Origin: Desulfobacterales bacterium
GTDB taxonomy: Bacteria > Desulfobacterota > Desulfobacteria > Desulfobacterales > SpSt-501
NCBI GenBank assembly: GCA_041736435.1
Contig: JBGSTS010000073.1
Span: 866 to 64,865, forward strand
Direction of reading: 5' to 3'
Length of the DNA: 64,000 nt
The position numbers and the translations under genes are program-made. The notes under the pieces are model-generated. The model saw nothing but the letters and a program-made list of their open reading frames with translations, was not told the origin of the DNA and made no database searches. This document shows positions 41,036 to 50,136 of the stretch, piece after piece; positions within the stretch are counted from its first letter, which is position 1, and each line of letters opens with the position of its first letter.

Positions 41036-41854
41036 TCATTTGGCTGCCGTGTAGTTGATGACCGCCGCGGGTTCGAGGACACGGAATGTGAAGGATTCGG
41101 TGAAATACAGCTTGGCCTTGGTTTGAGTGTGGCTCTCATAGCCGATCGCCAGGTCCTGCCCGAGGATCAGTTGAAGGTCTCCCCCACGCCGCGTCACCAT
41201 GTAGGCCTCATTCTCAAAATCCCCGCTGAGATAAGGGCTCAGCAGCACGGCACCTCCCAATACGGACTCCGCCTGCATCTTCACGGGATACCCCTGCACA
41301 TGCGCCGACATCCGGCTCCACAGCTTGGGTCCGACGATGAAGCTGTACGGGCCATCGATGGAGCGGCTGGTGAACGCCGTCACACCCTCGGCGATGCCTT
41401 CGAGCAGTTGCTCGGGCTTGGAGCCGATGGTCAGACACTCGTCGCCGGCACACGACTTCAGCCCCCGGATATTGGCCTCCGGCAAGCCATGGTAAATACT
41501 CTTCTCTTCGAAAAGCGCAATTTTGCGGGCGGCATCCTCCATGGCGGAAAGGTCCACGTCCTTTGCGCCGCGCACCACGTTGTCCATCTCCTGAATGTCA
41601 AGCTCGAAAGGCACCCGCACCTCGACAACCTGATGGACCTTGCGAACGCCGTACATCGGCCCGGCTTTGGGTTGTTTCTCGGGATACAAGAGCCGGCCTT
41701 CCGGCACCCCCGGAAAGTCGGTTCCCATCGGTCCGGTCACATCCAGGAACTTGCGCCCTGAGAGCATCGCCTTGAGGCTGCGCGTCGCCTGGGCGTCTAT
41801 CTCGGTCCAGGCTTCCATCGGGATCGGGGCCAGCTCGCGTTTTAGAATGTCCAT
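41036..41854 (-). CDS. Family 1 encapsulin shell protein (linocin M18-like)
   Basis: MDILKRELAPI..EAW.EID..A, LSGRKFLDVTGP, EVRVPFEL, GQDLAIGY, LYFTESFTFRVLEP; 272 aa. Confidence 0.95.
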   Translation of the reverse strand: MDILKRELAPIPMEAWTEIDAQATRSLKAMLSGRKFLDVTGPMGTDFPGVPEGRLLYPEKQPKAGPMYGVRKVHQVVEVRVPFELDIQEMDNVVRGAKDVDLSAMEDAARKIALFEEKSIYHGLPEANIRGLKSCAGDECLTIGSKPEQLLEGIAEGVTAFTSRSIDGPYSFIVGPKLWSRMSAHVQGYPVKMQAESVLGGAVLLSPYLSGDFENEAYMVTRRGGDLQLILGQDLAIGYESHTQTKAKLYFTESFTFRVLEPAAVINYTAAK

Positions 41855-41910
41855 ACAACCTCCTTCAAGATTTTGGATTTAATTATCACACAGAAAACCA
41901 TTCTTGTTGG

Positions 41911-42465
41911 CTACCCTTTGAGGCTTCCGATGCCGAGGCCCACGGCAGGGTTGGATGCCGTTTGCGCCGTGGTGAGCGGCTCCGGTTTGACAGCCTTAAC
42001 CGGTTTGGGGCGTTTGGCGGAAAGCGTCGGCGGCAACTCCGGTGCAACGGCCCCCAGCAGCTTGTCTCTGGCTTCGGCGAAAAGGCGGCCGAGCGTGTTG
42101 AGGTCCTCTGCGGTGAACAACTGCCGTGCCATCGGGAAAATCTGGGCTTCCTCCTCATCCAGGTGGTGGGTCGTGTATTCCCCCAGGCCTTCAATTTTGA
42201 TGGAAAAACGTTCGTGGTCGCGGGGGAATCGCTCGGAGTCCTTGATGATCAACTCAATGATGTGATGCTCGTTGACCGCCTCGAGCGCATCGCGGCGAGC
42301 CGGGGCGAAGCCTTCAAGCAGATCGTAAAAGTACTTCTCCTCCATGGTGTGGTGCACGACCAGGTTGCGAAGGAACTGATCAAAAACCTCCGGGTTGGTT
42401 TCGGATTGCTGGTAGAGCTGTCTCAAGATGGCGTGGTGGCTGACGAGTGCATCGATGACATCCAT
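41911..42465 (-). CDS. Hemerythrin (HHE) domain encapsulin cargo protein
   Basis: SHH, HHTMEE, EHH, HHLDEEE..IFP; Pro/Lys/Ala linker; C-terminal targeting peptide GLGIGSLKG; GGAGG RBS before ATG at 42465. Confidence 0.9.
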   Translation of the reverse strand: MDVIDALVSHHAILRQLYQQSETNPEVFDQFLRNLVVHHTMEEKYFYDLLEGFAPARRDALEAVNEHHIIELIIKDSERFPRDHERFSIKIEGLGEYTTHHLDEEEAQIFPMARQLFTAEDLNTLGRLFAEARDKLLGAVAPELPPTLSAKRPKPVKAVKPEPLTTAQTASNPAVGLGIGSLKG

Positions 42466-42652
42466 GGGTCCTCCAATCGGTAAGGGTTGGTGACGATCTT
42501 CTCCGACGTTGACGTTACCTTTTGAATCCAAAAATGTAACCATCCATTCCAAAAGCGCCAGCGACCCTTCACGGTGGAATTCGCTTTTGCCTTTTTTTTC
42601 CCATCTACAGGCACTATAGTCAACTTACATTGTCGGTTAAAGGGAGGCAGAT

Positions 42653-43054
42653 GTGGAAACTCAACTAAATGTATTGGGTGGGGTTTTGGAAATATGCTGT
42701 GATACTCCCAAAACAGGCTTTTTTCGCACGGGAAAATGTGAGACCGGCCCTGGGGATGAAGGCGCGCATGTCGTATGCGCCCGCCTCACCAGGGAATTTT
42801 TGGATTATACCAGATCGAGAGGCAACGACCTCAGCACGCCTCGCCCCGAGTTAGGGTTCCCAGGCCTTAAGCCCGGTGACCGCTGGTGCCTCTGCGCCCT
42901 TCGCTGGAAAGAGGCGCTGGGGGCCGAAGTTGCACCTCCGGTCGTATTGGCAGCAACCCACGAGACCGCTCTCCGGTACATCTCGATCGAGGTGTTGAAT
43001 CAGCATGCCATCGATGGCCAAAACAGGATCCATGAATCGGACCCGGACAGGTAA
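42653..43054 (+). CDS. DUF2237 family protein
   Basis: NVLGG.LE.C, TGFFRTG.C, HVVCA, GNDLSTP, PGLKPGDRWCLCA.RWKEA. Confidence 0.9.
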   Translation: METQLNVLGGVLEICCDTPKTGFFRTGKCETGPGDEGAHVVCARLTREFLDYTRSRGNDLSTPRPELGFPGLKPGDRWCLCALRWKEALGAEVAPPVVLAATHETALRYISIEVLNQHAIDGQNRIHESDPDR

Positions 43055-43436
43055 ATTACCGACTATCTCCGTCTCGCGACACTATCACGCATCGCCGCAA
43101 GCGGCATGGCAATTATTGACAGACACCACCCTGTGGCCCCTGTGGGGGCCGACGGTGCGGGGAGTCAGGTGCTCCGAGCGCTTCATCCGTAAAGGATCCG
43201 AGGGCAAGGTGCTCACGTGGATCGGTTTGTGGGTCCCCTTCCTCATTACCGAATACGATGCGTTGCGCTTTTGGGGTTGGAAGGTCGCCGGCATTCGCGC
43301 GACCGGACATCGATTGATCGCCTGCGATGAAAATTCCTGCCGGGTGGTCTTCGAGTTGCCCTGCTGGTGGCTTCCGTATGTCATCGTCTGCCGAAGAGCC
43401 GCAACCAACATGGCCAAGCTTCTAAAGTGCAAATGA
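43032..43436 (+). CDS. SRPBCC / polyketide cyclase family protein
   Basis: AWQLLTDTTLWPLWGP, W.WKVAGIRATGHR; overlaps both neighbours. Confidence 0.75.
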   Translation: MNRTRTGKLPTISVSRHYHASPQAAWQLLTDTTLWPLWGPTVRGVRCSERFIRKGSEGKVLTWIGLWVPFLITEYDALRFWGWKVAGIRATGHRLIACDENSCRVVFELPCWWLPYVIVCRRAATNMAKLLKCK

Positions 43437-45886
43437 TGCCGATTGATCCGCTGCAGATAATTCGGGCTTATCCCGACCACCTTCGAGAGCGGATAAGGCG
43501 CCTCAATCGCCTTCCTGTTCAAGAAGAGCGCGGTTTCGTTCTTTACTGGATGCACCATGCGGTCCGCGGCCACGAGAACCCGGCCTTGGACGCGGCTATA
43601 TTTGCCGCGAACCTTCTGCGAAAACCGGTGCTGGTCTACCAGGGGCTCGGCGGACGCCATCCATACAACTCCGACCGGCACCACACCTTCATCATGGAGG
43701 GATGCCGGGAGGTCCAGCGGGAGCTCAACGCCCGAAACCTTTCCTACTGCTTCCACCTGGACAGGGATCCGGCAACGCCGGCGCCCCTGATGAAGCTTGC
43801 GGCCCGGTCGGCGCTCACCCTGACCGAAGATTTTCCGGCACCTCCCCTCAATGCCTGGGCCGACCGAGCAGCCGCAAGGCTTCCCACGGCTTTCTGGGCG
43901 GTTGACACGGCCTGCACCCTGCCGATGCAGCTCCTCAAAACGTCTTACGCGCGAGCTTTTCTATTTCGAAAGGATACGTGGGCGGAATTCGAAGCGAGGA
44001 TCGCCCGCCGCTACGATGAGCAGGAGACTGCCATCGACCGGCACCAGAGCGTTCTCGACCCTGAATGCCTCGACCTTCAATCCGCGGAGCTTGGCGAGTT
44101 GTGCGCTCGCTGCCGCATCGACCACACGATCGCTCCGGTCCCCCACACCCAGGGAGGCTCGACTGCGGGCTACGCCCGCTGGGAGCAGTTTAAACGTCAC
44201 GGCCTGCCGACTTACGCGGACACCCGCAATGATGCCGCCATTGCGTTCCCAAAAGGCGTCAGCCGCATGTCGGCTTACCTGCACCATGGCCACGTTTCGC
44301 CCTTCCGCATTGCCCGGGAGGCCGCCCAATTCGGAGGAGACGGCGCCGAAAAATTCCTGGACGAAATGCTGATCTGGAGGGAGCTGGCTCACAACTTCTG
44401 TTTTCACCATTCGCATCCCCACCAGCTTGCCTGTCTGCCTTCCTGGGCGCTGCGGACGCTGGAGGACCACCGGCACGACTCGCGCCGGCCCGTCTATACC
44501 CGGGAGCAGCTGCTCCGGGGGACGACCGGCGACCCCCTTTGGGACGCCGCCCAGCAATCGCTCCTGATCCACGGCGAACTGCATAACAACCTCCGGATGA
44601 CCTGGGGCAAGGCCCTTCTGCAGTGGATGACCACACCGGAGGCGGCCCTGCAAACGATGATCGAATTGAATCACCGATTTGCGCTGGACGACAGCGACCC
44701 CAATTCCTACGGAGGCATCCTGTGGTGTTTAGGTCTCTTCGACCGTCCCTTCCCGCCGGAAAAGCCGATCATCGGGACGTTGAGACCCCGTTCGACCCGG
44801 TCGCACGCCGCAAGACTCGATCTCGAAACCTACCGAGGGCGCGTATCCAAACCGGCCGCCTCGGTTTCGCTCCGGGTGGCCGTCGTCGGAGCGGGCATGT
44901 CCGGATTGGTCGCCGCACGGAGCATCGCCGATCACGGTCATGCGGTTCAGGTATTTGAAAAGAGGCACGTGGCCGGCGGTAGGATGTCCACCCGCTATAT
45001 GGGCGACTATGCCTTCGATGACGGCGCCCAGTATTTCACCGTGCGCGATGAGCGGTTCGAAAGATGGATCGACAGCTGGGTGGAGTCCGGGATCGTCAAG
45101 CGGTGGGAAGGTCGAATCCGCGTGCTGCGAAACGGAGACGTCCGGCCCGAGAACCGGGAGCAAATCCGTTATGTGGGCGTTCCGGGAATGAATGCCGTCG
45201 CCCGGCATCTGTCGGATTCCTTGAGCGTTCGCTGGGGCACCTGCGTGAGGCGAATTCGCAAAGAGGGGCGGGCCATCGTCCTGTTGGATGAGAAGGGCGC
45301 TCAATTGGGAGGATACGACGCGCTCATCGTCTCCGCACCACCCGAGCAAAGCGTTCAACTTCTCAGCGGAGCAACCCCCCTGGTCGACCGAGTGGCCGGC
45401 GTCCGCATGGACCCATGCTGGTCGGTCATGCTGGCTTTCCGAGATCCGCTGGATCTAAATGCGGACGGCCTCTTCATTCACGGTTCCGGCCTGCTTTGGG
45501 CCGGCCGGAATTCGAGCAAGCCCGGCCGCGGGACGGCCGACACCTGGGTGCTGCATGCCGGTTCGGAGTGGTCTTCAGCCCACCTCGAACTCGACCCCGA
45601 TGAGCTCGCCGGCCAGCTCACAAAGACCTTTTTCGATGCAGCCGGCAGGCCGGCCGTCGAACCACTGCTGGTGTCCGCCCATTGCTGGCGACATGCCCGG
45701 GCCGCCAACCCCCTGGAAGAAGAATGCCTGTGGGACCCTGAGGAAAAAATCGGCGTTTGCGGCGACTGGTGCTGCCGCTCCCGGGTCGAAGGTGCTTTTT
45801 TGAGCGGTGCGGCATTGGCCGGCAGGATCCTTGGCGCTGCGGGGACGTGGCAGAAATCGTCAAGGAAGGGTGCTTCCTTTTGGTAA
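43433..45886 (+). CDS. Class II-like DNA photolyase fused to renalase-like (COG3380-type) FAD oxidoreductase
   Basis: VLYWM, ENPAL, SRMSAYLHHGHVSP, WRELAHNF, TGDPLWDAAQ, HNNLRMTWGK, FDRPF; then VVGAGMSG, GGRMSTR, GAQYF, GDWC..SRVEGAFLSG. ATGA overlap with upstream gene. Confidence 0.9.
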   Translation: MMPIDPLQIIRAYPDHLRERIRRLNRLPVQEERGFVLYWMHHAVRGHENPALDAAIFAANLLRKPVLVYQGLGGRHPYNSDRHHTFIMEGCREVQRELNARNLSYCFHLDRDPATPAPLMKLAARSALTLTEDFPAPPLNAWADRAAARLPTAFWAVDTACTLPMQLLKTSYARAFLFRKDTWAEFEARIARRYDEQETAIDRHQSVLDPECLDLQSAELGELCARCRIDHTIAPVPHTQGGSTAGYARWEQFKRHGLPTYADTRNDAAIAFPKGVSRMSAYLHHGHVSPFRIAREAAQFGGDGAEKFLDEMLIWRELAHNFCFHHSHPHQLACLPSWALRTLEDHRHDSRRPVYTREQLLRGTTGDPLWDAAQQSLLIHGELHNNLRMTWGKALLQWMTTPEAALQTMIELNHRFALDDSDPNSYGGILWCLGLFDRPFPPEKPIIGTLRPRSTRSHAARLDLETYRGRVSKPAASVSLRVAVVGAGMSGLVAARSIADHGHAVQVFEKRHVAGGRMSTRYMGDYAFDDGAQYFTVRDERFERWIDSWVESGIVKRWEGRIRVLRNGDVRPENREQIRYVGVPGMNAVARHLSDSLSVRWGTCVRRIRKEGRAIVLLDEKGAQLGGYDALIVSAPPEQSVQLLSGATPLVDRVAGVRMDPCWSVMLAFRDPLDLNADGLFIHGSGLLWAGRNSSKPGRGTADTWVLHAGSEWSSAHLELDPDELAGQLTKTFFDAAGRPAVEPLLVSAHCWRHARAANPLEEECLWDPEEKIGVCGDWCCRSRVEGAFLSGAALAGRILGAAGTWQKSSRKGASFW

Positions 45887-45910
45887 CTCCACAACGCGGA
45901 TACTCCTCCA

Positions 45911-46372
45911 ATGAAACAACGGGATGCCCGTCGCCAAAAAGCTCAGACGTATAGGGGGCAAGCGCCCGTCAAATGGTGTGCGGTATGCGGGCGCGAAATT
46001 TCATGGCGCCGGAAATGGCGCCGGGATTGGGGCAACGTAAAGTACTGCTCGGACAACTGCCGGGCTTCGGGGTTAACGTCACTTGATATTGAAATCGAAA
46101 AGACGATTTTGAAGCTTCTGCAGGATCGTCCCGCCGGCGAAACGATCTGTCCCAGTGAGGCGGCCAGAACCCTGCAGCCCTGCGAAACAGACGACTCCTG
46201 GAAGGTATTGATGGAACCGATCCGGCGCGCCGCCAGGAGGTTGTCAGCCCGCGGGGAGATCGCATGGCTTCAGGGCGGCCGGCCGGTTGATCCTTCGAGG
46301 GCCAAGGGGCCTGTTCGTTTGAAACTCACTTGCTCTATGGGAGATTCTCATGACCACACACAAGCTGTTTGA
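45911..46372 (+). CDS. DUF2256-DUF3253 fusion protein
   Basis: [26 protein letters not shown] followed by [34 protein letters not shown]. Confidence 0.88.
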   Translation: MKQRDARRQKAQTYRGQAPVKWCAVCGREISWRRKWRRDWGNVKYCSDNCRASGLTSLDIEIEKTILKLLQDRPAGETICPSEAARTLQPCETDDSWKVLMEPIRRAARRLSARGEIAWLQGGRPVDPSRAKGPVRLKLTCSMGDSHDHTQAV

Positions 46373-47459
46373 ACCACTGAAAATGGGGGACGTTGAACTC
46401 AAGAACCGAATCGTTCTGGCGCCGATGACCAGGGGGCGAGCTGGCGCGAAACGAATTCCAAATGAGTTAATGGCTGAATACTACTTCCAACGTGCGTCAG
46501 CCGGTCTGCTCATCACCGAGGCAACGGTTGTTTCCGCACACGGCAACGGTTGGGTCGGCTCACCCGGCATCTACACCGAAAAGATGGTGGAGGGATGGCG
46601 AATCGTCACCCAAAAGCTGAGGCCTACCGGCACTCCGATCTTTCTGCAATTATGGCATTGTGGCCGGGCGTCACACAGTGATTTTCACAATGGAGCGCTG
46701 CCGGTTTCGGCCTCCGCGGTCAAACTGAATGGCGGTCAGATTCGCACCCCATTTGGGGAAAAAGACTATGAAACGCCACGGGCCTTGTCCCTTGATGAAA
46801 TCAAGGCCACGGTCAACGATTATCGCACCGCCGCGGCAAACGCGAAGCAAGCGGGTTTCAGCGGTCTCGAAGTTCACAGCGCCAATGGCTACCTAATCAA
46901 TCAATTTCTGGATTCAAAGACCAATTTGCGGACTGATCATTACGGAGGTAGCCTGGAGAATAAATATCGTCTTCTCAAAGAAGTTATGGCAGCCGTCCTG
47001 GAGATGTGGCCGTCAAAGCGGGTGGGCGTCCGACTTTCACCCAACGGAGTGTTCAATGATATGGGCAGCCCTGACTTTCGGGAAACCTATCTTTACACGA
47101 TAAAGGAACTCAACCAACTCGATCTTGCCTATGTTCACATCATGGATGGGCTTGCCTTCGGCTTTCATCAACAAGGTGAGCCGATGACGCTGGCTGAGTT
47201 TCGGGCCGAATACGACGGAATCATCATGGGTAATTGCGGCTATACCAAGGAAACAGCGGAAGAGCGACTCGCAGCCGGTCATGCAAATCTCGCCGCTTTT
47301 GGCCGCCCCTTTATCACCAACCCGGACCTGCCTGACCGATTTAGAAATAATTGGCCGCTTAACCCGGCTGATGACATGTCCTTATGGTACACTTTCGGTG
47401 CTGAAGGGTATACGGATTACCAACCCTCGGAAAGGACCGTTCATCGATCGGTCGTATAA
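46350..47459 (+). CDS. Old yellow enzyme family alkene reductase (NemA-like)
   Basis: [56 protein letters not shown]. Confidence 0.93.
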   Translation: MTTHKLFEPLKMGDVELKNRIVLAPMTRGRAGAKRIPNELMAEYYFQRASAGLLITEATVVSAHGNGWVGSPGIYTEKMVEGWRIVTQKLRPTGTPIFLQLWHCGRASHSDFHNGALPVSASAVKLNGGQIRTPFGEKDYETPRALSLDEIKATVNDYRTAAANAKQAGFSGLEVHSANGYLINQFLDSKTNLRTDHYGGSLENKYRLLKEVMAAVLEMWPSKRVGVRLSPNGVFNDMGSPDFRETYLYTIKELNQLDLAYVHIMDGLAFGFHQQGEPMTLAEFRAEYDGIIMGNCGYTKETAEERLAAGHANLAAFGRPFITNPDLPDRFRNNWPLNPADDMSLWYTFGAEGYTDYQPSERTVHRSVV

Positions 47460-47563
47460 ACCTCAAAGGACGCTACATTTGGAAGAGCTTGGTACCTTCG
47501 AAGAGGCCACCAGCAACAAAATGTCCGATTTGATCGAACCGTCCGTTCTCCGAAAAAAGGGGT

Positions 47564-48445
47564 TCAGGCGCGGTGGGTGCCCAGCGTGGTGAGACACACC
47601 CCGGCGGAAACCAGGATCGCGCCGACGAGCAGGGAAAGGGTCAGGGGTTCCTTCAGGAAAAGAACCGAGAGGAGCACCGCAAAGATCGGCACGAAGTTGA
47701 TGAACAACCCGGCACGCACCGGCCCGATGCGCTGGATCCCCTGGTAATACCAAACAAAACCCAGCACGGTCCCGAAGACGCCGAGGTAGACGATGCTGAC
47801 CCATGCAGCGAGGGGATAGGGGTCGGCGGTCAAGAGCCCCTCCATGACGGCCGGCGGGAACAGGCAGACGGTGCCCGCCACGGAGCTGAACGTTACGGCG
47901 GCCAGGGGCGAAAGGCGGACCATCACAATTTTCCCCAACAGGGAATAGGCGACCCAGCTCGCCACGCAGCCAAAAATGAAAAGCTCCCCCCAGCCGAAAG
48001 CGCCGCTCAGCAGGGAGGAAGGCGAGCCGTGGGTGATAACGGTGACCGCTCCCGCCACCGAAACGAGAATGCCGGCCACCTTCAAAAGGTTCAACCGTTC
48101 ACCGAAGATCACCGCCGCCATCAGTGCAATGAAAACGGGGTTGTTGGCGATGATGACGGACGCACGGCCGGCCTCGATCAGCTTAAGCCCCTTGAGGAAG
48201 AGCACGTTGTAGGCAAAGATCCCCGTCATCCCCATTATCAAGAGCACGGCGAGGTGGCGGGCGGAAGGTCGGCCAACATGCCTTTCCATCTTTAGCATTA
48301 CGGCCACCAGACAGACCGAGGCGACGGCAAACCGCAGAAACGCCCCGGCAAACGGGCCTACACTCTGGGCGAGCAACCGCCCGGCAATGAACGTCCCGCC
48401 CCAGAACAGGGCCATCAACAACAGTTTGACGTAGGTGGAGAGCAT
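47564..48445 (-). CDS. DMT/EamA family transporter
   Basis: About ten hydrophobic helices in two repeats; FWGGTF, FGERL, FLKEPL. Confidence 0.9.
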   Translation of the reverse strand: MLSTYVKLLLMALFWGGTFIAGRLLAQSVGPFAGAFLRFAVASVCLVAVMLKMERHVGRPSARHLAVLLIMGMTGIFAYNVLFLKGLKLIEAGRASVIIANNPVFIALMAAVIFGERLNLLKVAGILVSVAGAVTVITHGSPSSLLSGAFGWGELFIFGCVASWVAYSLLGKIVMVRLSPLAAVTFSSVAGTVCLFPPAVMEGLLTADPYPLAAWVSIVYLGVFGTVLGFVWYYQGIQRIGPVRAGLFINFVPIFAVLLSVLFLKEPLTLSLLVGAILVSAGVCLTTLGTHRA

Positions 48446-48624
48446 TCGATGTTGTCAGTCCGGGGCTCCCGCCCCCGAGGGATATCGCCGAAAAGAGTGT
48501 GGCACGAACCGCCATCTTTAGCACAGCCCCGGTGGGCTGTCCATCAGCTTGCCAGGCCTGAGTCCCTGAGCTATACAGAGCGGGCATAGAGGGTAACCCA
48601 CCCAAACGTTAGGAGGTGCACACC

Positions 48625-49947
48625 ATGCTCGGATTCCAACTGTCCCCCGAACAGCTCGAGATTCAGAAAAAGGCGCGCGAGTTTGCGCTCAGGGAAATTC
48701 TGCCGGTGGCCTGGCACTACGACACCGTCGACGACACCCCGCTGCCGGTCCTGCGCAAGGCCTGGGAGGCGGGCATCATGAACACCGACATCCCCGCCGC
48801 TTATGGGGGCAAAGGCTACGGTCTGCTGGAGAACGTGGTCATTACCGAGGAACTGGCCGCGGCCTGCCCCGGCCTGGCCACCTCCATTTTCGACAGCTCT
48901 TTAGGCATGGAGCCCCTGCGTTTGTCGGCCAACACCGGCTTGCAGAAGACGTATTTCCCGCAGATCGTGAAGGACTTCAAACTCTTCTGCTTCGCCACAT
49001 CGGAGCCGACCCTGGGCTCCGATGTGGCGGGCATCCGCTGCCGGGCGGCGCGCGACGGGGATGACTACATCCTGAACGGAACAAAATACTGGGTGACCAA
49101 CGGCGGCATTGCCGACTTCATGTCCATTTTCGCTACAGCCGATCCCGAGAAAAAACACGACGGCATCTGCGGGTTCGTGGTCGAGAAGGGCTGGAAGGGC
49201 GTGTCGATCGGCCGGCGGATTCCGAAGCTCGGCCAACGGGCGTCCAACACCGTGGGCATTCATTTCGAGAACGTGCGCGTTCCCAAGGAAAACGTGCTCG
49301 CGCCGCCCGGCGAGGGGTTCATGCTCGCGATGAAGACCTTCGCCCGCACACGGCCGGCCATTGGCGCCTTTGCCGTCGGCGCGGCCCGTTCCGCCATGGA
49401 GTTCGCCATCGACTATGCCAAGCGGCGCAAGGCCTTCGGAGCCCCGATCGCAAGCTTCCAGGCGATTCAACACAAGATCGCCGACATGCTCCAGAAGGTG
49501 GAAACCTCGCGGCTGCTTGTTTGGAAAGCGGCCTGGGAAGCCGACCAGGGGATAGATCCGACCATCTCGGCGTCCATCGCCAAACTCTATGCGACCGAGG
49601 CCGCGCTGGAGGTCGCCAACGAGGCCTTGCAAGTCTTCGCCGGATACGGGTACACAAAGATGTTTCCGGTTGAAAAGCTCCTGCGCGACACGCGTTTATT
49701 TCGCATCTACGAAGGCACCAGCGAGGTCCAGCGGCTCATCCTATCCGGCTTTGCGCTCGGGGGCTTCCAGCCGGTCATGCCCCCGCTCGAGGAGCTTCCG
49801 CTCCATCTGGAAAAAGACGTCGTCAACAGGCCAGACCACACTACCGCTTGGCGCTGCCGCATCTGCGGCCATGTCCACTACGGTGAAGAACCGCCGGAGG
49901 AATGCCCGTATTGCTTTTTCCCGAAGAGCGCCTTTAAAAAAGTATGA
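48625..49947 (+). CDS. Acyl-CoA dehydrogenase with C-terminal rubredoxin-like domain
   Basis: SEPTLGSD, LNGTKYWVTNG, FQAIQHKIADM, IYEGTSEVQR; tail WRCRICGH...CPYC. GTG at 48616 is an alternative start. Confidence 0.92.
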   Translation: MLGFQLSPEQLEIQKKAREFALREILPVAWHYDTVDDTPLPVLRKAWEAGIMNTDIPAAYGGKGYGLLENVVITEELAAACPGLATSIFDSSLGMEPLRLSANTGLQKTYFPQIVKDFKLFCFATSEPTLGSDVAGIRCRAARDGDDYILNGTKYWVTNGGIADFMSIFATADPEKKHDGICGFVVEKGWKGVSIGRRIPKLGQRASNTVGIHFENVRVPKENVLAPPGEGFMLAMKTFARTRPAIGAFAVGAARSAMEFAIDYAKRRKAFGAPIASFQAIQHKIADMLQKVETSRLLVWKAAWEADQGIDPTISASIAKLYATEAALEVANEALQVFAGYGYTKMFPVEKLLRDTRLFRIYEGTSEVQRLILSGFALGGFQPVMPPLEELPLHLEKDVVNRPDHTTAWRCRICGHVHYGEEPPEECPYCFFPKSAFKKV

Positions 49948-49974
49948 GGCAGACGGCGAACGCCGGCCGCTTCA

Positions 49975-50128
49975 GGATTCGAGGCTCTAAGGGGTCGAGG
50001 GTTCGAGGGAAAAGCAACGAAACCGTTCAGTTGGGTCAGCGGAAAATTTCTTTTCGGCGGCTGAACCCTGTACCCTGTGCCTCGAATTCGGATTCCGCGG
50101 CCTCTTGAACCCTTGACCCCTTGGACCC
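49975..50128. repeat. Inverted tandem octamer arrays (GGRTYCRA-like)
   Basis: GGATTCGA GGCTCTAA GGGGTCGA GGGTTCGA (49975-50006) and inverse TTGAACCC TTGACCCC TTGGACCC (50105-50128) between convergent genes. Confidence 0.7.
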
Positions 50129-50136
50129 TTTTTTCA

